This document shows, piece by piece, positions 1 through 12,494 of a DNA stretch of 64,000 bases. Position 1 is the stretch's first letter, and each line of letters opens with the position of its first letter. The stretch comes from Harriotta raleighana (lineage: Eukaryota): the NCBI GenBank assembly GCA_050575255.1, contig JBNZDD010013443.1, positions 320,570-384,569 on the forward strand, written 5' to 3'. The position numbers were made by a program, and so were the translations under genes. Under the pieces are notes generated by a model, which saw only the letters and a program-made list of their open reading frames with translations, searched no databases and was not told where the DNA came from.

Positions 1-964
1 TGAGATGTTTGCAACACTACAAAAACTTGAGTTCTTTCTTCCTGAGTTCACTGAGTTCAACTGGGATAATAAAAGGGAGCCTAAGTTTCATCTCTTATTC
101 TAAGCTCATAGCTTTAGCAGTTGGGGAATATTTCTAGGGTTTATGTTATGATTATTTCCCATTGACGTGTCTTTGAAAGTCCATCTGTTTTGAAGCTGGA
201 TCAAATTTAACTACCGTGCCCATACAACCAAATATCTTGCTGATACTGATGATCTAGGCTCAAGTTAGAATGAATGGCTCCTTTGGGAGAGCAGCATAGA
301 GCAGTCACTGAAATATACTGCAACAGGAGTCCGCCCTCAAAGAGGAAAGAAAATTCAAGGGGAACAAAGAGTTAATTAATTGTGATGATGGATAATGAAT
401 CCGCTATGTTCACCTGAACCTAAATATTTCCTGGGCGTGACAAATGTGACCTGAGTTTGATTTCCCAGTCTTAAAGCGTACAATTATAGAAGCCCTTCTA
501 AGTGAGGTTGAAGTTACTCTTGCACTCAAAGATGTTGGATTTTTGACTCTGTTATTACAGCAGAAATCCATTTCAGTGAACAAAGTGCCATATTTTTAGT
601 GCTAGAGATATTTTACACATACATCACACCTGGCTCCTGATGACTCTTCAGTCTATAATTTCGACATTGAGTGCAAAGAAATGATCGAATGCGATATCAC
701 TCAAACTTAGAATGCTCTTGTAAAACAAAACATGTGCCTAAATCACAAGACTGCATGCAAACATTAATCCACCTGCAAAGCACAGTGTAATCCTTATGTA
801 GAATACAGTAGGAGGAAATCTTTGAACAACACAATAGTCACGCTAAATTGACATGTGAAAGATTTAAATAATCAATTACATTTTAATAGCTGATAGTAAG
901 TCACAATGATGAAATAATCATACACATAAGGCATTCTAAGAGGTGGATGCTTTGGATAACTGGT

Positions 965-1280
965 CAACAACAACTTGGATTTATATAGTGCCCTCCACAC
1001 CAAACGGCGTCTCAAAGCACTTCCCAATATTGGATCCCGGGGACCGAGCCAGGGAGAGCGGGAAGAAAGTGCCCGAAGGTACGATCAAAAAGAAAGGTCT
1101 TTAGCTGAGACTTGAAAATAGAAAAGGAGGGGGTGAGGCAAAGGGAGGGAGGAAGGGAGTTCCAGAGCCTTGGGGCGTAGTGGCTAGAAGGCTCGGCCAC
1201 CGATGGTGGAGCGGAGGATTCGGGGGGCGTGGAGGAGGCCAGACCCGGTAGAGCGAAGGCAACAGTCAGTTTAGACAAGG
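965..1280 (-). mobile_element. L2 LINE 3' fragment (ORF2 C-terminus, 3' UTR, (TTG)n tail)
   Basis: Minus-strand translation APRLWNSLPPSL...FKSQLKTFLF is the L2 ORF2 C-terminal motif; CAACAACAAC tail at ~966. Confidence 0.85.
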
Positions 1281-2303
1281 GCAGATTGGTAGAATTATTG
1301 GTTAATCTGGTTCTGAGTAAAGGTGTGGTCTAACCAAAAGTGTGCTTATCCTGGGTGTTATTCAAATAGAGGAGGGAGTTTCTCGCTGTTTCCTGGCCAA
1401 TAATCCAGATAAAGGGAGTGTCCCAAAAGATGTGTGCGCAACCTGTGTACAGTGAAGAAATCTGCTGTAAACAACTGAATGTTTTTGTTTCGGGAGAAAG
1501 GAAAAATAGAAAAGAAGATGTTGTACTTTTTGCTTGTTTGGGATTTCTGTTGTACCAAATAGTATATTTATAAATAATGTACAGTATATACAGTATATAT
1601 ATATATATTTTAAATCCCCCACAAAAAAAAGTAGTCATTCACTCCATGGTTGTTTGAGAAACATTGTTGTGTACAAATTAGCTGCGGTGTTGCATCACTA
1701 TTCTTCTTACAGTAAAACCTGTGAAGTTCTTTGAGACATATCTCCTGTTGTGCAAGACACCATATCAGATACAAAAATTGTTCATTATTATTTGTAAGAA
1801 AAGCACCTTTGAATACTGAGTTGGCTCTAACTATTCTTTTCTTTTATAATCTGTTTTTATTGCTCTAGTTCTTACTGGGGTATCGTTCATGAAATTGTAC
1901 ATTCACTTTGAACCCTGTTTAGAGATAGTAATGTGAATATAATTTTTTAAAAAAGTATAAAAGTTAATATATGAAGAATTCATACTGTACAAAAATGAGT
2001 AGGTTTTAAATAAAATATTTTTGACCTAAATTAATTTTGTTCTCACCAAATATTTGACGCATCTAATTGTAGATATTTGGGTAAACTATAATTTATGTTA
2101 GGTTGGAATCATTTTCAATCTCAATGATTCTTATTCCACAAATATTGTTTCAATTTTAATTAATTATTAAATATTAGTTTTAGGGCTTTCTGAATCAGGC
2201 TTCGCAAGATGAGAGAGGGAAACCAGTTCCTTGTCCCTCGCTGGCACTTTCCTGGTTTGTGTGTGAATGTGTGTTATTACATTAAACCCCATGTAAGTCA
2301 TAT

Positions 2304-2626
2304 TAATAATAATAATCCTTGCATTTGATGTAGCGCTTTTCACATCTTCAGACGTCACAAAGTGCTTCACAGAATATACCATAAAGTGAATTGACTGTAC
2401 ATTTGTGGGAGAAACGCAGCAGCCAATTGCGCACAGCAGTGTCCTACAAACAGTCGTGGATTGAAATGACCAATTTATCATAGGTTTTTTGGGGATGGAT
2501 TATTATTACGTGTGTGTGTGTGGAGTAAGGAAACTTGCCCAAGGTGTCACCCTGACCTGCCTGGATTTGAATCACAGGTCTCACGCTTGTAAGGCGAGTT
2601 TTCTAACCACTGAGCTACAGGACTCC
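2304..2626 (-). mobile_element. Full-length tRNA-derived Deu-domain SINE with L2-type tail
   Basis: Reverse complement begins GGAGTCCTGTAGCTCAGTGGTTAG (A box) followed by a GTTCAAATCC-like B box, the Deu-like core TGTTTGTAGGACACTGCTGTGCGCAATTGGCTGC and a (TTA)n tail; many copies in the window. Confidence 0.9.
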
Positions 2627-3260
2627 ACATTTTGGACCATACATTTAATATGACTTATGCAAAAGTATGAGATATGTCAAATTTGTATCAAATGCAATCT
2701 CTTGAATGGGTAGATGTACGATTTAGGTGATTCTCTGATTTATACAACAACAACTTGCATTTAGATTGCACCCCTCACACTGGGTAGTGTCCCAGAGAGC
2801 CTGACAGTGGTGGAGCACTACGACGAGTCAGGGCGAAGGGGATACAGATCAGACTTATGTGAGTTTTACTGCAATGGAACATAGGCGAGGTATAGTACCA
2901 GAGAGCAAACAGTGGAATGACATGCCTGCAAGAGGCGGGTGCAAAAGTAGAGGAAAGGCAGATGTCAATGGGGGAGAAGAATAGCAAAATAATTGGATTT
3001 ACCAAATTTACATAATCTTTGTTAAAAAAAATTATGTATGCACACATAAAATATTCTTATAACGGGGATTATTGTATATTCCTTGGTTTTGAGAGCGGTA
3101 GATGAATGGCATGAGCAGAACTGCAGAGGTGATCAAACAGACACTGTGCTTAAAATAATAGATAATCCTATTATAAGATAATCTTTGAATTTGAATAATC
3201 AGATCAAATATCAAAAATGTGCATACATATATTTATTTGAAACACACCAGTCTAACATAC

Positions 3261-3426
3261 AAAAGGCAAAATACTGCGGTTGTATGAAATCTGAAATAAA
3301 AACAGAAGTCACTGGAAACAGTCAGCATGTCAGAACTGACCTGAAACGTTAACTAATTTTGCTCTTTCCATAGATGCTGCATGACCTGCTGAGAGTTCCC
3401 AACGACTTCTGTGTTTTTTATTTCAG
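3261..3426. mobile_element. Palindromic Penelope-like terminal repeat relic
   Basis: Inverted arms CTGAAATAAAAACAGAAGTC (3291-3310) and GACTTCTGTGTTTTTTATTTCAG (3404-3426) with central CTGAAACGTTAACT; related to 42835-42945. Confidence 0.6.
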
Positions 3427-3799
3427 TTTTACAGGCAGTCTAACAAAATAAATCACCCAATAAGGGAATTGTAATAGCCAGCACATTTCTAAGTACAGTA
3501 CATCCTACAGCTAGTAACTTTAAAAAAATCCTAGTTACACAGTGAATGGAAAACCTATAAAATCGCATCAAACCTATAACAAGCTAAAATTTGATAATAT
3601 ACTGTACTTTCATATCTTGACAGACAGTGTTCTTCCTGTCACAACTGGAGGTATTGCATACCGTGGAATGTTTCTTTATTTACCATATTGCTAGGAGCTG
3701 ATTGATATACAGGATACAGGCTATTTTTCTATTTGTACAAACATTCCATACGACAGAAATTCTGGCTGATGCAAAACTGGGAACCCCTAGCCTTGGCTC

Positions 3800-4038
3800 T
3801 TGCCAACCTCTGCTGAATACTCCAGTTTTTCGAAAGCAAAGATGTCCCTTCCTCACTCCCTTCGCCTCGCACCCTCTCTTCCTACTTTCAGGACTCAGCT
3901 GAAGACCTTTCTTTTCGACCACGCCTTTGGTCATCTTTTTCTCCTCCCCCTGGTTCGGGCCCGGGATCCGTTATTGTGAAGCGCCCTGAGACGCCATCCG
4001 GCATGGAGGGCGCTATGTAAATCAAAGTTGTTGTTGTT
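3800..4038 (+). mobile_element. L2 3' end
   Basis: TTCAGGACTCAGCTGAAGACCTTTCTTTT (FxxxLKT motif), 3' stem-loop AGCGCCCT...AGGGCGCT, (TTG)n tail. Confidence 0.8.
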
Positions 4039-7000
4039 ATGTCCCATCGAGCAGAGAGAACGCATTTCAATTCAGACAGAGGAATTTCCATGTGTTGGTG
4101 GCCTACATATGTAAACCTCTGTATAATTTGGATACTCTTAAGCATGTTGATGGCTTTCTGTATGTGTCAGATACCCATCTTGTCCATGGTGCATTTGCCA
4201 CCGCATTATCCGTGGCTGACAGCAGAAAGTGTCCCCTTTGGCTGACTGAGCCAAAGGTGGTTAACATAAAGCTCCCATGACTGAATAAGCTCTGCTATCA
4301 GACATCTCTTCCATCGTCGCCAGATTTATCAGTGATGTTCCTTGCTGTGTCAGTGCCACAGGATGGTTTTCCTGAAGTGAATGGTGCAATTTGTCGTTAC
4401 TGTCCTGAAATGTTAGCAATTTTTTTCTCACAGTTTGTCCAAAAAAAAAGGCAATACAAATTTATATATGTTGGGAGGAAGATACAAGTTATGGCAGGAG
4501 GAAGACACAAGGTGCTTAAAGCCCATTGGTACTCAAAAGAAAGAGGCTAAAGACAGTCCCACACCAGGAATTTGTAAATAAAAGACACTGTGGAGGGGGG
4601 GGGGGGGGGGGGTTGCGAAGATTGTGATACTCAAAGGTGAATACCACTCATTCACTCTGCAAGAGGTGGCACCATCCCTGGAATTGGAGTTGGGGAACAT
4701 CCATAGCAGAATTTGTAAAACTGGACTGAACCTGGGTAGGTTCCTATGTACAGGCACAATAGTTTTGGTGCTTTGGAGTAGAGAGGTTATCATCTGATTG
4801 CCAGGAGGAGCCTGGGGGGGGTACTTCAATTGTGCTTGAACCGATTCTAAAGCCTCCTGCAAAATACGCACAACCACCACACATTCAAATTCTCTTGTTA
4901 GTTGTGCATTTGAATATTTGCTGCTTCTTGTGCAAAGCTGATAGAGACTGCAAGCTGAAGAGGTGGCATGTGTTAATTCCGATTTTGCAGATCTTCATGG
5001 CTGACGTGTGTGTAAATTACTTTGTGTGGACGCTCTGCCAGAAAGCTCTGTCAGTTTGTGGAGGTTATAAATTCATTTATTTGAGCATCATACATTCATT
5101 TATTTTGGATGCACAAAAACATGTCACGGGATGCATTTGATACAGAGTTGTATCACGTCATCAAAATGTCTCAATACAACTCATAGGATTTTAATGTAAA
5201 GTGTAGTGATAATGACTATATTTTGTAGTTAAGGCAGTAAAGACACCTGGAATTTTGCAAAGCTGATTTTTTTTTCCAATCCCGAATTCCATTTTGACAT
5301 TTAAAAGCGAGGGTTTTAAGGATATGTGGATTTGCTCCCAACAGTATCTTCAACAACAGACTTATCTCAGTTATCAGTGCTAGATATGAAAGAGTGTAAG
5401 TGGATCTTTTCACCCACTCGCTTATCATTGTGTTTGCAAATTGAATCTTTTTTTATTTTTAATACACCCAGTTACACGTACACATTGTTTTTGCAGCATT
5501 TACTATGAGAACATTTATTTATGCAACGGGTGAGTGTACCAACTCAGAGTGAAATAAAAATCCTCATTTGTACATCAGCCACAAATTCATCCTTTGAAAT
5601 ATGGGTGTGGCTGCTCTGCATTAAGACGTTCCAAATTAAATGCTCTCTTCCACTTTCTACAGAGGAGTAACTCAAACCTCATGTGACTGCACACCACAGG
5701 TATTCAAATCATGACTGATAAAACCGCCTGATCTGAATGAAATGCTGTTTTTCTGTCTCTTAGCAATGTGTGACAAGAGATGATTCTGACAGTAATTTGG
5801 TGCAGATCAGTGTTCGGATTTTGACTTTACAGGTCTATAAATTAGCATGTTTTAATTGGTGTCAATTCGAATATTGCAGCTGAGTGAACTTGTCTATCCC
5901 TGCCCATGGGGGAAATACACATGCTGATTCCCACTAAACTGACAAGAATACAAAACCACACGAGCCCCCAAAGTTCGAATGGACCAAGTTCCAAGTCGGG
6001 ATCGATGCAGTTCTTAGTCCAGGGCTCCAACCCATTGACAAGTCACAGAGTGAGACAGGGTACTGTCAACCGAATGAAATTGAACAGAGTGAGACCAGGT
6101 GTTTTGAAAACAGGATCCAAACAACATCTTTCCTTGCAGGCAGAAAGGGAATACTGTAGGTGCAAAAGGAAAAATTTTGCAATAGTGCAGAGCACTTGCT
6201 TTTCATGTTCAGCAACAAACATGTTCAGCAGTTGATTATAGCCCTATTGGTTTACCCTCCAGCTAGATGCTTTATACTAAGCCCTCACCCTCGCAAATAC
6301 CCACACAAAAAAAATCACATAATGTGATATGGTTGTTATCTGAAACCTCCCATATGCTCATTCAGAAAGAAAACATAGGAAGCCACCTTCAAGTTTGGGC
6401 AGGCAGACGACTGAATGCCATAAACAAGAACGGATCGCACTGACAAGACTTGGAAGATGGGAGGTCTTCCACATTTTTGTGGATTGGCGTCATTGCACAT
6501 TGGCCTTTAGTTTCCCAGCGAGAAAACACAGCAGCAAGTCAGGAGAGTTTGTAAAGGATCATGATTGGGTTTACTTTAAATTGCTCGATTTAAAGAGATT
6601 AAGGCTCATTATGAGAGGGATTAGTTTGGTAAATATCAATGTCCAGTTTCGGAAAGAATCATTTCGGATAGAAATCCTGCAGCTCCCGTTTGCTGCAAAC
6701 AGATACAAATCTCCGAAGAGTCAGAAATAATGGGTTGTACAATGGAGTCATTTTATCATTTTACTTTAACCTATTATTGACTTGCAAGCACCGTTCTGCT
6801 TCTGGAATAACTGCATGCGAGTTTCTTGAGGCGTTCTTTATTTCCATTAATGTAGTTGAGGACAGAATTGAAGGAAAACCTTACCATTAATAGTTTCCTA
6901 TCATAAATATATATCAATAAATTTGCTACATTTGGAAAACAGTGGAACAGCGCCCTCTGCATCACTAATAAGCTAGCTTTCTTGGTGTAGCAGACTCCTA

Positions 7001-8284
7001 GGTGATGTCGTTTTATACCAAAATTCCAGGCGTTTACAGATTTGAAGGAGGGTGAATTTGCATCCAGCACATTTTCTCTAATTTCAGCAGGATCAGCATC
7101 CAGGATCTAAGGAGGGATATTAAGAATTATGGGTGGGTCAGAAAGAAAGTGGGATTAGATTGGCTCGTGTGGAGAAAAACATCAGTGCAGACTTTATGGC
7201 TGCACATCTTGTTTTTTGTGTTATAACATTTCAATAACTATGAAAGTTGGACTCCACCTCCCTGTGTAACTCAACTGCATTGAATGATTTGATTATTTAC
7301 ATATTCAGAGCAAAAATAGCATCCTGTAATGCAATATCCATAGAGTAGATTTTCATGTTCTGTAGTGTATGGTGTTCTTGGCCACCAGTGTTCAGTGGGT
7401 GCTTTGAGAAACAGCCTGGTTAGTTTACTTATGCTTTTAGGGTGTGGCTTTTTTCTGTCTCTCTCAGCAATTCCATAGCCAGACCTAACCCACCCGACTA
7501 TCATGAATATTGACCGAATGAATTTATCATTCACTTCATGGCTGTTGCTATGTGCAAATTGACTGTCGTGTTTATCCATAGAATATACAGTTTGTAAACT
7601 TCACGGTAAACTTTATACCAACCCTTCAAAGGGGCTCTAAATAATGAGCGAATCTCCAATCGTTGAGGTAACACAGGGTTAAATAAATATTTAGGTTAAG
7701 TTATTCACAAAGCTCACAAAACACAGAATCCACTGCACTTTACAGTATATCCTGTGAAGCTCTGGGAGGACTAAAGTAAAGGTGCTTTAACAAATATAAG
7801 GATTTATTTTAACCGTTCTTTAGTTCACTGCATTATGTGGTTGCTTAATTCCCAGCTTGTGTGCAAACCATTAACTGTCTAGCGCTTTGGGACATCTGCC
7901 TGATGTGAAAGGTGCTCTACTAATATAATTTCTTGTTGTTGTCGCTTGACAGAGTTGGCACAGAGTCAAATAGTATACAAATGTAACCGGCGGTTTGTGG
8001 CGCTGTTTCTGTTCATCGGGTTGGAATCAGTAGCAGTTGTGTGGACAACTCGCAGCAAGTTATTAAAATGCCCCGAATAAATCATGTTTTTACTGTTACA
8101 GATTTGTTTCTTACTTCTTACATGTTCTTATTTCTCTTCTTCACTTCCCTCTGCACCAGCGAGGCTCTGCTCCCCCAATCCTGCCAATGTAACTCTGTAA
8201 AGCAGCACTTTAGGTGTTGAAACAACAGCCCAGGGTATTCTGCTCTAAATCTCCCACCCTCCCCCCTACTCAAAAATGTCATCC

Positions 8285-8600
8285 CCTACACTCTGTTGAG
8301 CTCCTCCGCCAAGCCCTGCTTGTCGGCCTTCCCAAATCCTCCCTCCACAGGCTGCAGATGATCCAGAACTCTGCGTCCCGTGTTCTCTACCATTCCAAGC
8401 TCGGTGACCCCATCTCTCTCATCATCGCCCGACTTCATTGGCTCTTCATCATCCAGAGGATCCAATTCAAGATCGTGGTCCTCACATTTAAAGCCCTCCA
8501 CAACCTCGCCCCACCCTGCATCCGTGACTTTCTAACCCCCTACCAATCTGCCTGCCCCCTCCACTCAGCAGGCTCTGGCCTGCTCCACTTCCTCCATCCC
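8285..8600 (+). mobile_element. L2 ORF2 C-terminal fragment
   Basis: Translation LLVGLPKSSLHRLQMIQNSASRVL...ARLHWL..QRIQFKIVVLTFKALHNLAPP is typical of L2 ORF2. Confidence 0.9.
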
Positions 8601-8610
8601 ACCCACCAAA

Positions 8611-8793
8611 ACAATAATAAATAGGTCATTTCAATTCACGATTGTTTGTGGGACACTCCTGTGTGCAATTGGCTGCCCGTTTTGCCCACAATAAATACAG
8701 TCAATTCACTTTACAGTATATTATATGAAGCGCTTTGAGACGTCTAGAAGATGTGAAAAGTGCTATATCAAATGCAAGAATTATTATTATTAC
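8611..8793 (+). mobile_element. Deu-SINE, 5'-truncated
   Basis: Deu core and L2-like tail ending in (TTA)n; matches the 2304-2626 family. Confidence 0.85.
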
Positions 8794-9672
8794 TGTATTA
8801 TTAAAACCGTGTCAAAGAGGCTTTGAAAGTGCCCCTTGAAGGGGTACTATATGACTAACGTTATTGGGGAGCCTGTGGTTTAGCTATTCCTTTCAATTTA
8901 ACTGAGGACTTGGATTCCTATACTTACAGTGCTTTCGTTCACAGTATATTTAGAATCGTTTATCTGGAAGCTCTTAACGTATTTGTGATTTGAACTCCAA
9001 ACCGAGGTGGCACGCTTATGTTGCAGTAAAACTGAAACAGGCTATTAGTGGTGTGAGTTCTGTTAACCGATTCAATATTCTGTTGGCATGGCTCATTATT
9101 TGTAGAGTGAGATCAATGCCTACAACAGGAACTTGATGTTAAAACACAACAAAGCTGACGTGTTTCATGCTGATTCTGTGCAATACGAGCAATTTGCATT
9201 TAAAATGAATCTCAATATTGTTGGTTGCATCCCGGGGGCTTTTGAAACCAGAAGGCTCTTTGTTATAAACAACAATTCTCACAGATAAGGTGTGTCCAGT
9301 TTTCACTTCTACTTGGATAAGCATAGGTACAGTACCATATTTCTGACTGGGGGATATCTCAGATTATGGGGGAACTACATCACTTCTGACTGGAGTCGTA
9401 TTTCACAAATGCACGAAAACAGAATGCAAATGACTTTGAACCACACCTACCGTTTCTATTGTTGTACTGGAGTCAGCCAATCCACAGAGGAGTTACGTGA
9501 GTTGTATCGCAATGCTGTTCAACCATGAATCCTGCTGGAGAACAACATCCTGCTTCGGCCTGTGCTGCTCGTGCCAGTGTTGACGTTTGGGAACTGGGTT
9601 AGAGTGAAGATTCAAACACTTATCTTGTACAATTCTCACCGGTCTACCTTCAATCTCGTCATTTGATCTATT

Positions 9673-10041
9673 AGTAATAAAGAATAATCTTTGCATTTGA
9701 TACAGCATCTTATTGCGTGTGCGGGAAGTTTCAAAGCGCTTCACAGAATACACTGTAAAGTGAATCAACTGTATGTTTTGCAGGTGAAACATGACAGCCA
9801 ATTGCACACAGCAGTTACCACAAACTGCCATGGTGTGAGGAACCAATTTATTTTTATTGTTATGGACATTTTTGTTTAAGGAATTATTACCCACCAGAAA
9901 AACAATTTGCCTATCAATTAACAACTGGTATCCTACTCACTGTCAGGTAAACAGAGGCATGTGGACATTTCACCCAGCTGGAAATCGAACACAGTCTCTC
10001 ACTTGCGAGACAAGTGTTCTAACTACTGAACTACAGTGACT
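9673..10041 (-). mobile_element. Deu-SINE, long variant with extra internal segment
   Basis: Same head and tail as the family, plus a ~65 bp segment at ~9895-9960; about 25 bp of the head is duplicated to ~10066. Confidence 0.85.
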
Positions 10042-10579
10042 ATCTAATCACTGAACTACAGTGATTCTCTTGATGCCAGTTATTGGGCTTCCAGCAGATA
10101 GTTTAAAAGACAGTGAAGATGAGAATCAATGTGAAGGGCCTGACTTGTGCAGCCTCACCCAGAACTGTGATGCCACACAGTTTGTGGCTTGTTTTCTGTG
10201 TTGTGCTGCCAGTTCCTAGTTCTGGCAGTAAACTATAAACAAAATGAACATTTTATGTTTGCTGGCATAAGAGCTAAGGCCCCTTTTCGCAATTGCAAAG
10301 GCATAAAGCACTTTCTCGACTCCTGACAGCATTCTCAGACGAGTTAGAAAAACAGATTATTTAGGACCGTATACAGTATAATCTAGCTCAAGATTATCTT
10401 CATTGCTGAACATTTTGGCAGTTCAATCTATTGCAGTCTGTTACATTATACGAGGCACCTATACAGTGTAAAACTCTTTAATGTGATGTTCAATCTTTTT
10501 AAAAATCTTCCTTTCTAGTTTTCACCCTTTTTCTCATAAAGGCACTGAATCATGCCGGGTTTATTATTATTATTATTAT

Positions 10580-10850
10580 TTATGCTGGGTTCACACAGAT
10601 GCAAGGAAGTTCTCTCGTGCCGTGGTTAGGTGGCCTTTCTTGGTATGTGGGGCCTGGACAGTCAGCAACTATTCAATCTTATGGGGAAGGGGAGTATCAC
10701 AGCCGAGCCCAAACCTGTCCTCGCCTATAGCATCCAAATATGTGGTATTTAGTGCAAATGGTTGGAGGAAGGGGTGGGGAGGGTTGGTTGATGGTTAATG
10801 GATAACAATCAGATGTTGTGACTGACTGCTTTTCCTCTCCTTTGCCAGGG
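10580..10850 (-). mobile_element. Ancient AmnSINE2-like SINE relic
   Basis: ATCACAGCCGAGCCCAAACCTGTCCTCGCC and GGGCCTGGACAGT blocks; homologous to 14515-14840 and 18980-19290. Family name is from memory of the consensus. Confidence 0.5.
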
Positions 10851-11187
10851 TGTGAGACCAATTGAAGCAGCAGTCTATTCATTTTATGTACATTTAGTCT
10901 CCTACAACGTATACAGAAATCAGATGACTTTGCCATCGATTCCACACACAAAAGTCAACGTTCCCATAATTGGAAATGCACATCTGTGAACTACGCACCC
11001 AAAAAGGTCAAATGGATACATAGTCCACAGAGTTAACAGCACAGTTGCTCAGTACTCTGACCCCATCATAAGTGCAAAATGTTTGCACTTGTATAGTCTG
11101 TGTGGTAACTGTAAAATGAAGTAGCTTAAACTATCTTGGGTTTGAAGCACTTGTTATGAATTCCTTAACTACTATTTTGGACATAAT

Positions 11188-11410
11188 GCCAATGTTTCCA
11201 TAAAGATATTTCTGGGTACTTTGCCAATATTTCCATAGAAACACCTGGGTACATTGCCATTGTAACCGTAAAAGATTTGTTGGAGATGTTGCCAGTATTT
11301 CCATAGAAACATATTTGGACATTTTTTGTGTGTGCATCCATAGGAAACCTTCTGAAACATTGCCAGGGTATTCATCTGAACTCTCAATACTTTGCTAGAA
11401 CATTACCTTA
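11188..11410. repeat. Degenerate ~33-35 bp minisatellite
   Basis: Units begin GCCA(A/G)T(A/G)TTTCCATA at ~11188, 11223, 11256 and 11291, then decay. Confidence 0.6.
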
Positions 11411-11879
11411 TAACATTACTTTTAGATCCTATCTAAAAAGTGATCAATCACATATGGGACAGTGTGTTATATTGGGGTGCAGCAGCTTGCTGATTGATAG
11501 CCATTTTTCATTACCTCCTTACAATGCAAATTTTCCATTTTAAAGATATAGCAAAAAGAATCACTTTTTTTAATACGTTAGACTCCATTGTCTCTTCAGC
11601 CAGCCGTAAACAATGTATGTTATGCCCAATGCACCAGGTGGTGGAGTGGAACATCAGTGCTTATTCAACCTCTAACTGTCCTTCATATCTTACATTTGGG
11701 CTCTCACTGGCTCTGCTTTCACTAACCTCCAAAACATTACTGCCTCTCCCTAGGCTGCTAATACTTCTGTACACACCCTTAACAAATCGGGCTGGATTAT
11801 GTCAAATCAGGCTGGATTTTTTTGTTCGCCGGACTCCTCAGTTCCTCCCTACACAAAATTTGACCATCCAGCACTTTCA

Positions 11880-12030
11880 CATCAGGCTCCACAAGCTCAT
11901 TACCCCCATCCTCACTCGGGTCAATCGGCTTCCCATTCCTCAGTGATTAGATTCAAGATTCTTGTTCTCACATTCAAATTCCTCCACAGCCTTGCCCCAC
12001 CCTCCCTCTGCAACCTTCTGTCGACCAAAG
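11880..12030 (+). mobile_element. L2 ORF2 fragment
   Basis: ITPILTRVNRLPIPQ*...FKILVLTFKFLHSLAPPSL. Confidence 0.8.
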
Positions 12031-12365
12031 TGCCTTAGTTTTTTTCTTCTACTCAGCTTGCTTCAAGTCCCAAATGCCTGCTCCCCCAAATACCGGTGTA
12101 CAAGACGTTCCAGAGTGAAGGTTTACCTTCCCTGGCTCGGGTAAACCGCCGGCATTTTAACACAAGTACATTCTGATTCAGCTGCCTCTATTTCTCTAAT
12201 TTGGAATCATCGCTGAGAATTTCCTTAAATGCATACTGTTAAACACACAATCCTGGGGGAGCATGTTATAGAGCAGTAAAGCTCTTTCACTGTATCTTTC
12301 TGTCAAGTGCAAGTTCATCACTATAGATTTGGTAGTTTAATGGAAACAATAAAAACTAGGCAGTA

Positions 12366-12494
12366 GCAGCCTGAGAAAATCACAAATGTAAAAATAAATT
12401 TGCTTTATTAAATAAAATTGAANGCAGCCTGAACTGCAGTGGAAGAGAAAATCACAAATGTAAAAATAAATTTGCTTTATTAAATAAAATTGAA
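12366..12494. other. Haplotype-overlap assembly artefact at single N (12423)
   Basis: 12366-12422 is repeated at 12424-12494, identical except for a 14 bp insertion ACTGCAGTGGAAGA. Confidence 0.8.

Noticed and set aside
5663-5699. 37 nt plus-strand exon-like segment
   Set aside because: The acceptor is good but the donor is weak (GTATTC) and the peptide is unrecognised; such matches are expected by chance in 64 kb.
11188-11410. CRISPR-like repeat spacing
   Set aside because: The units are degenerate and contiguous, without unique spacers; the context is eukaryotic and no cas genes are present.
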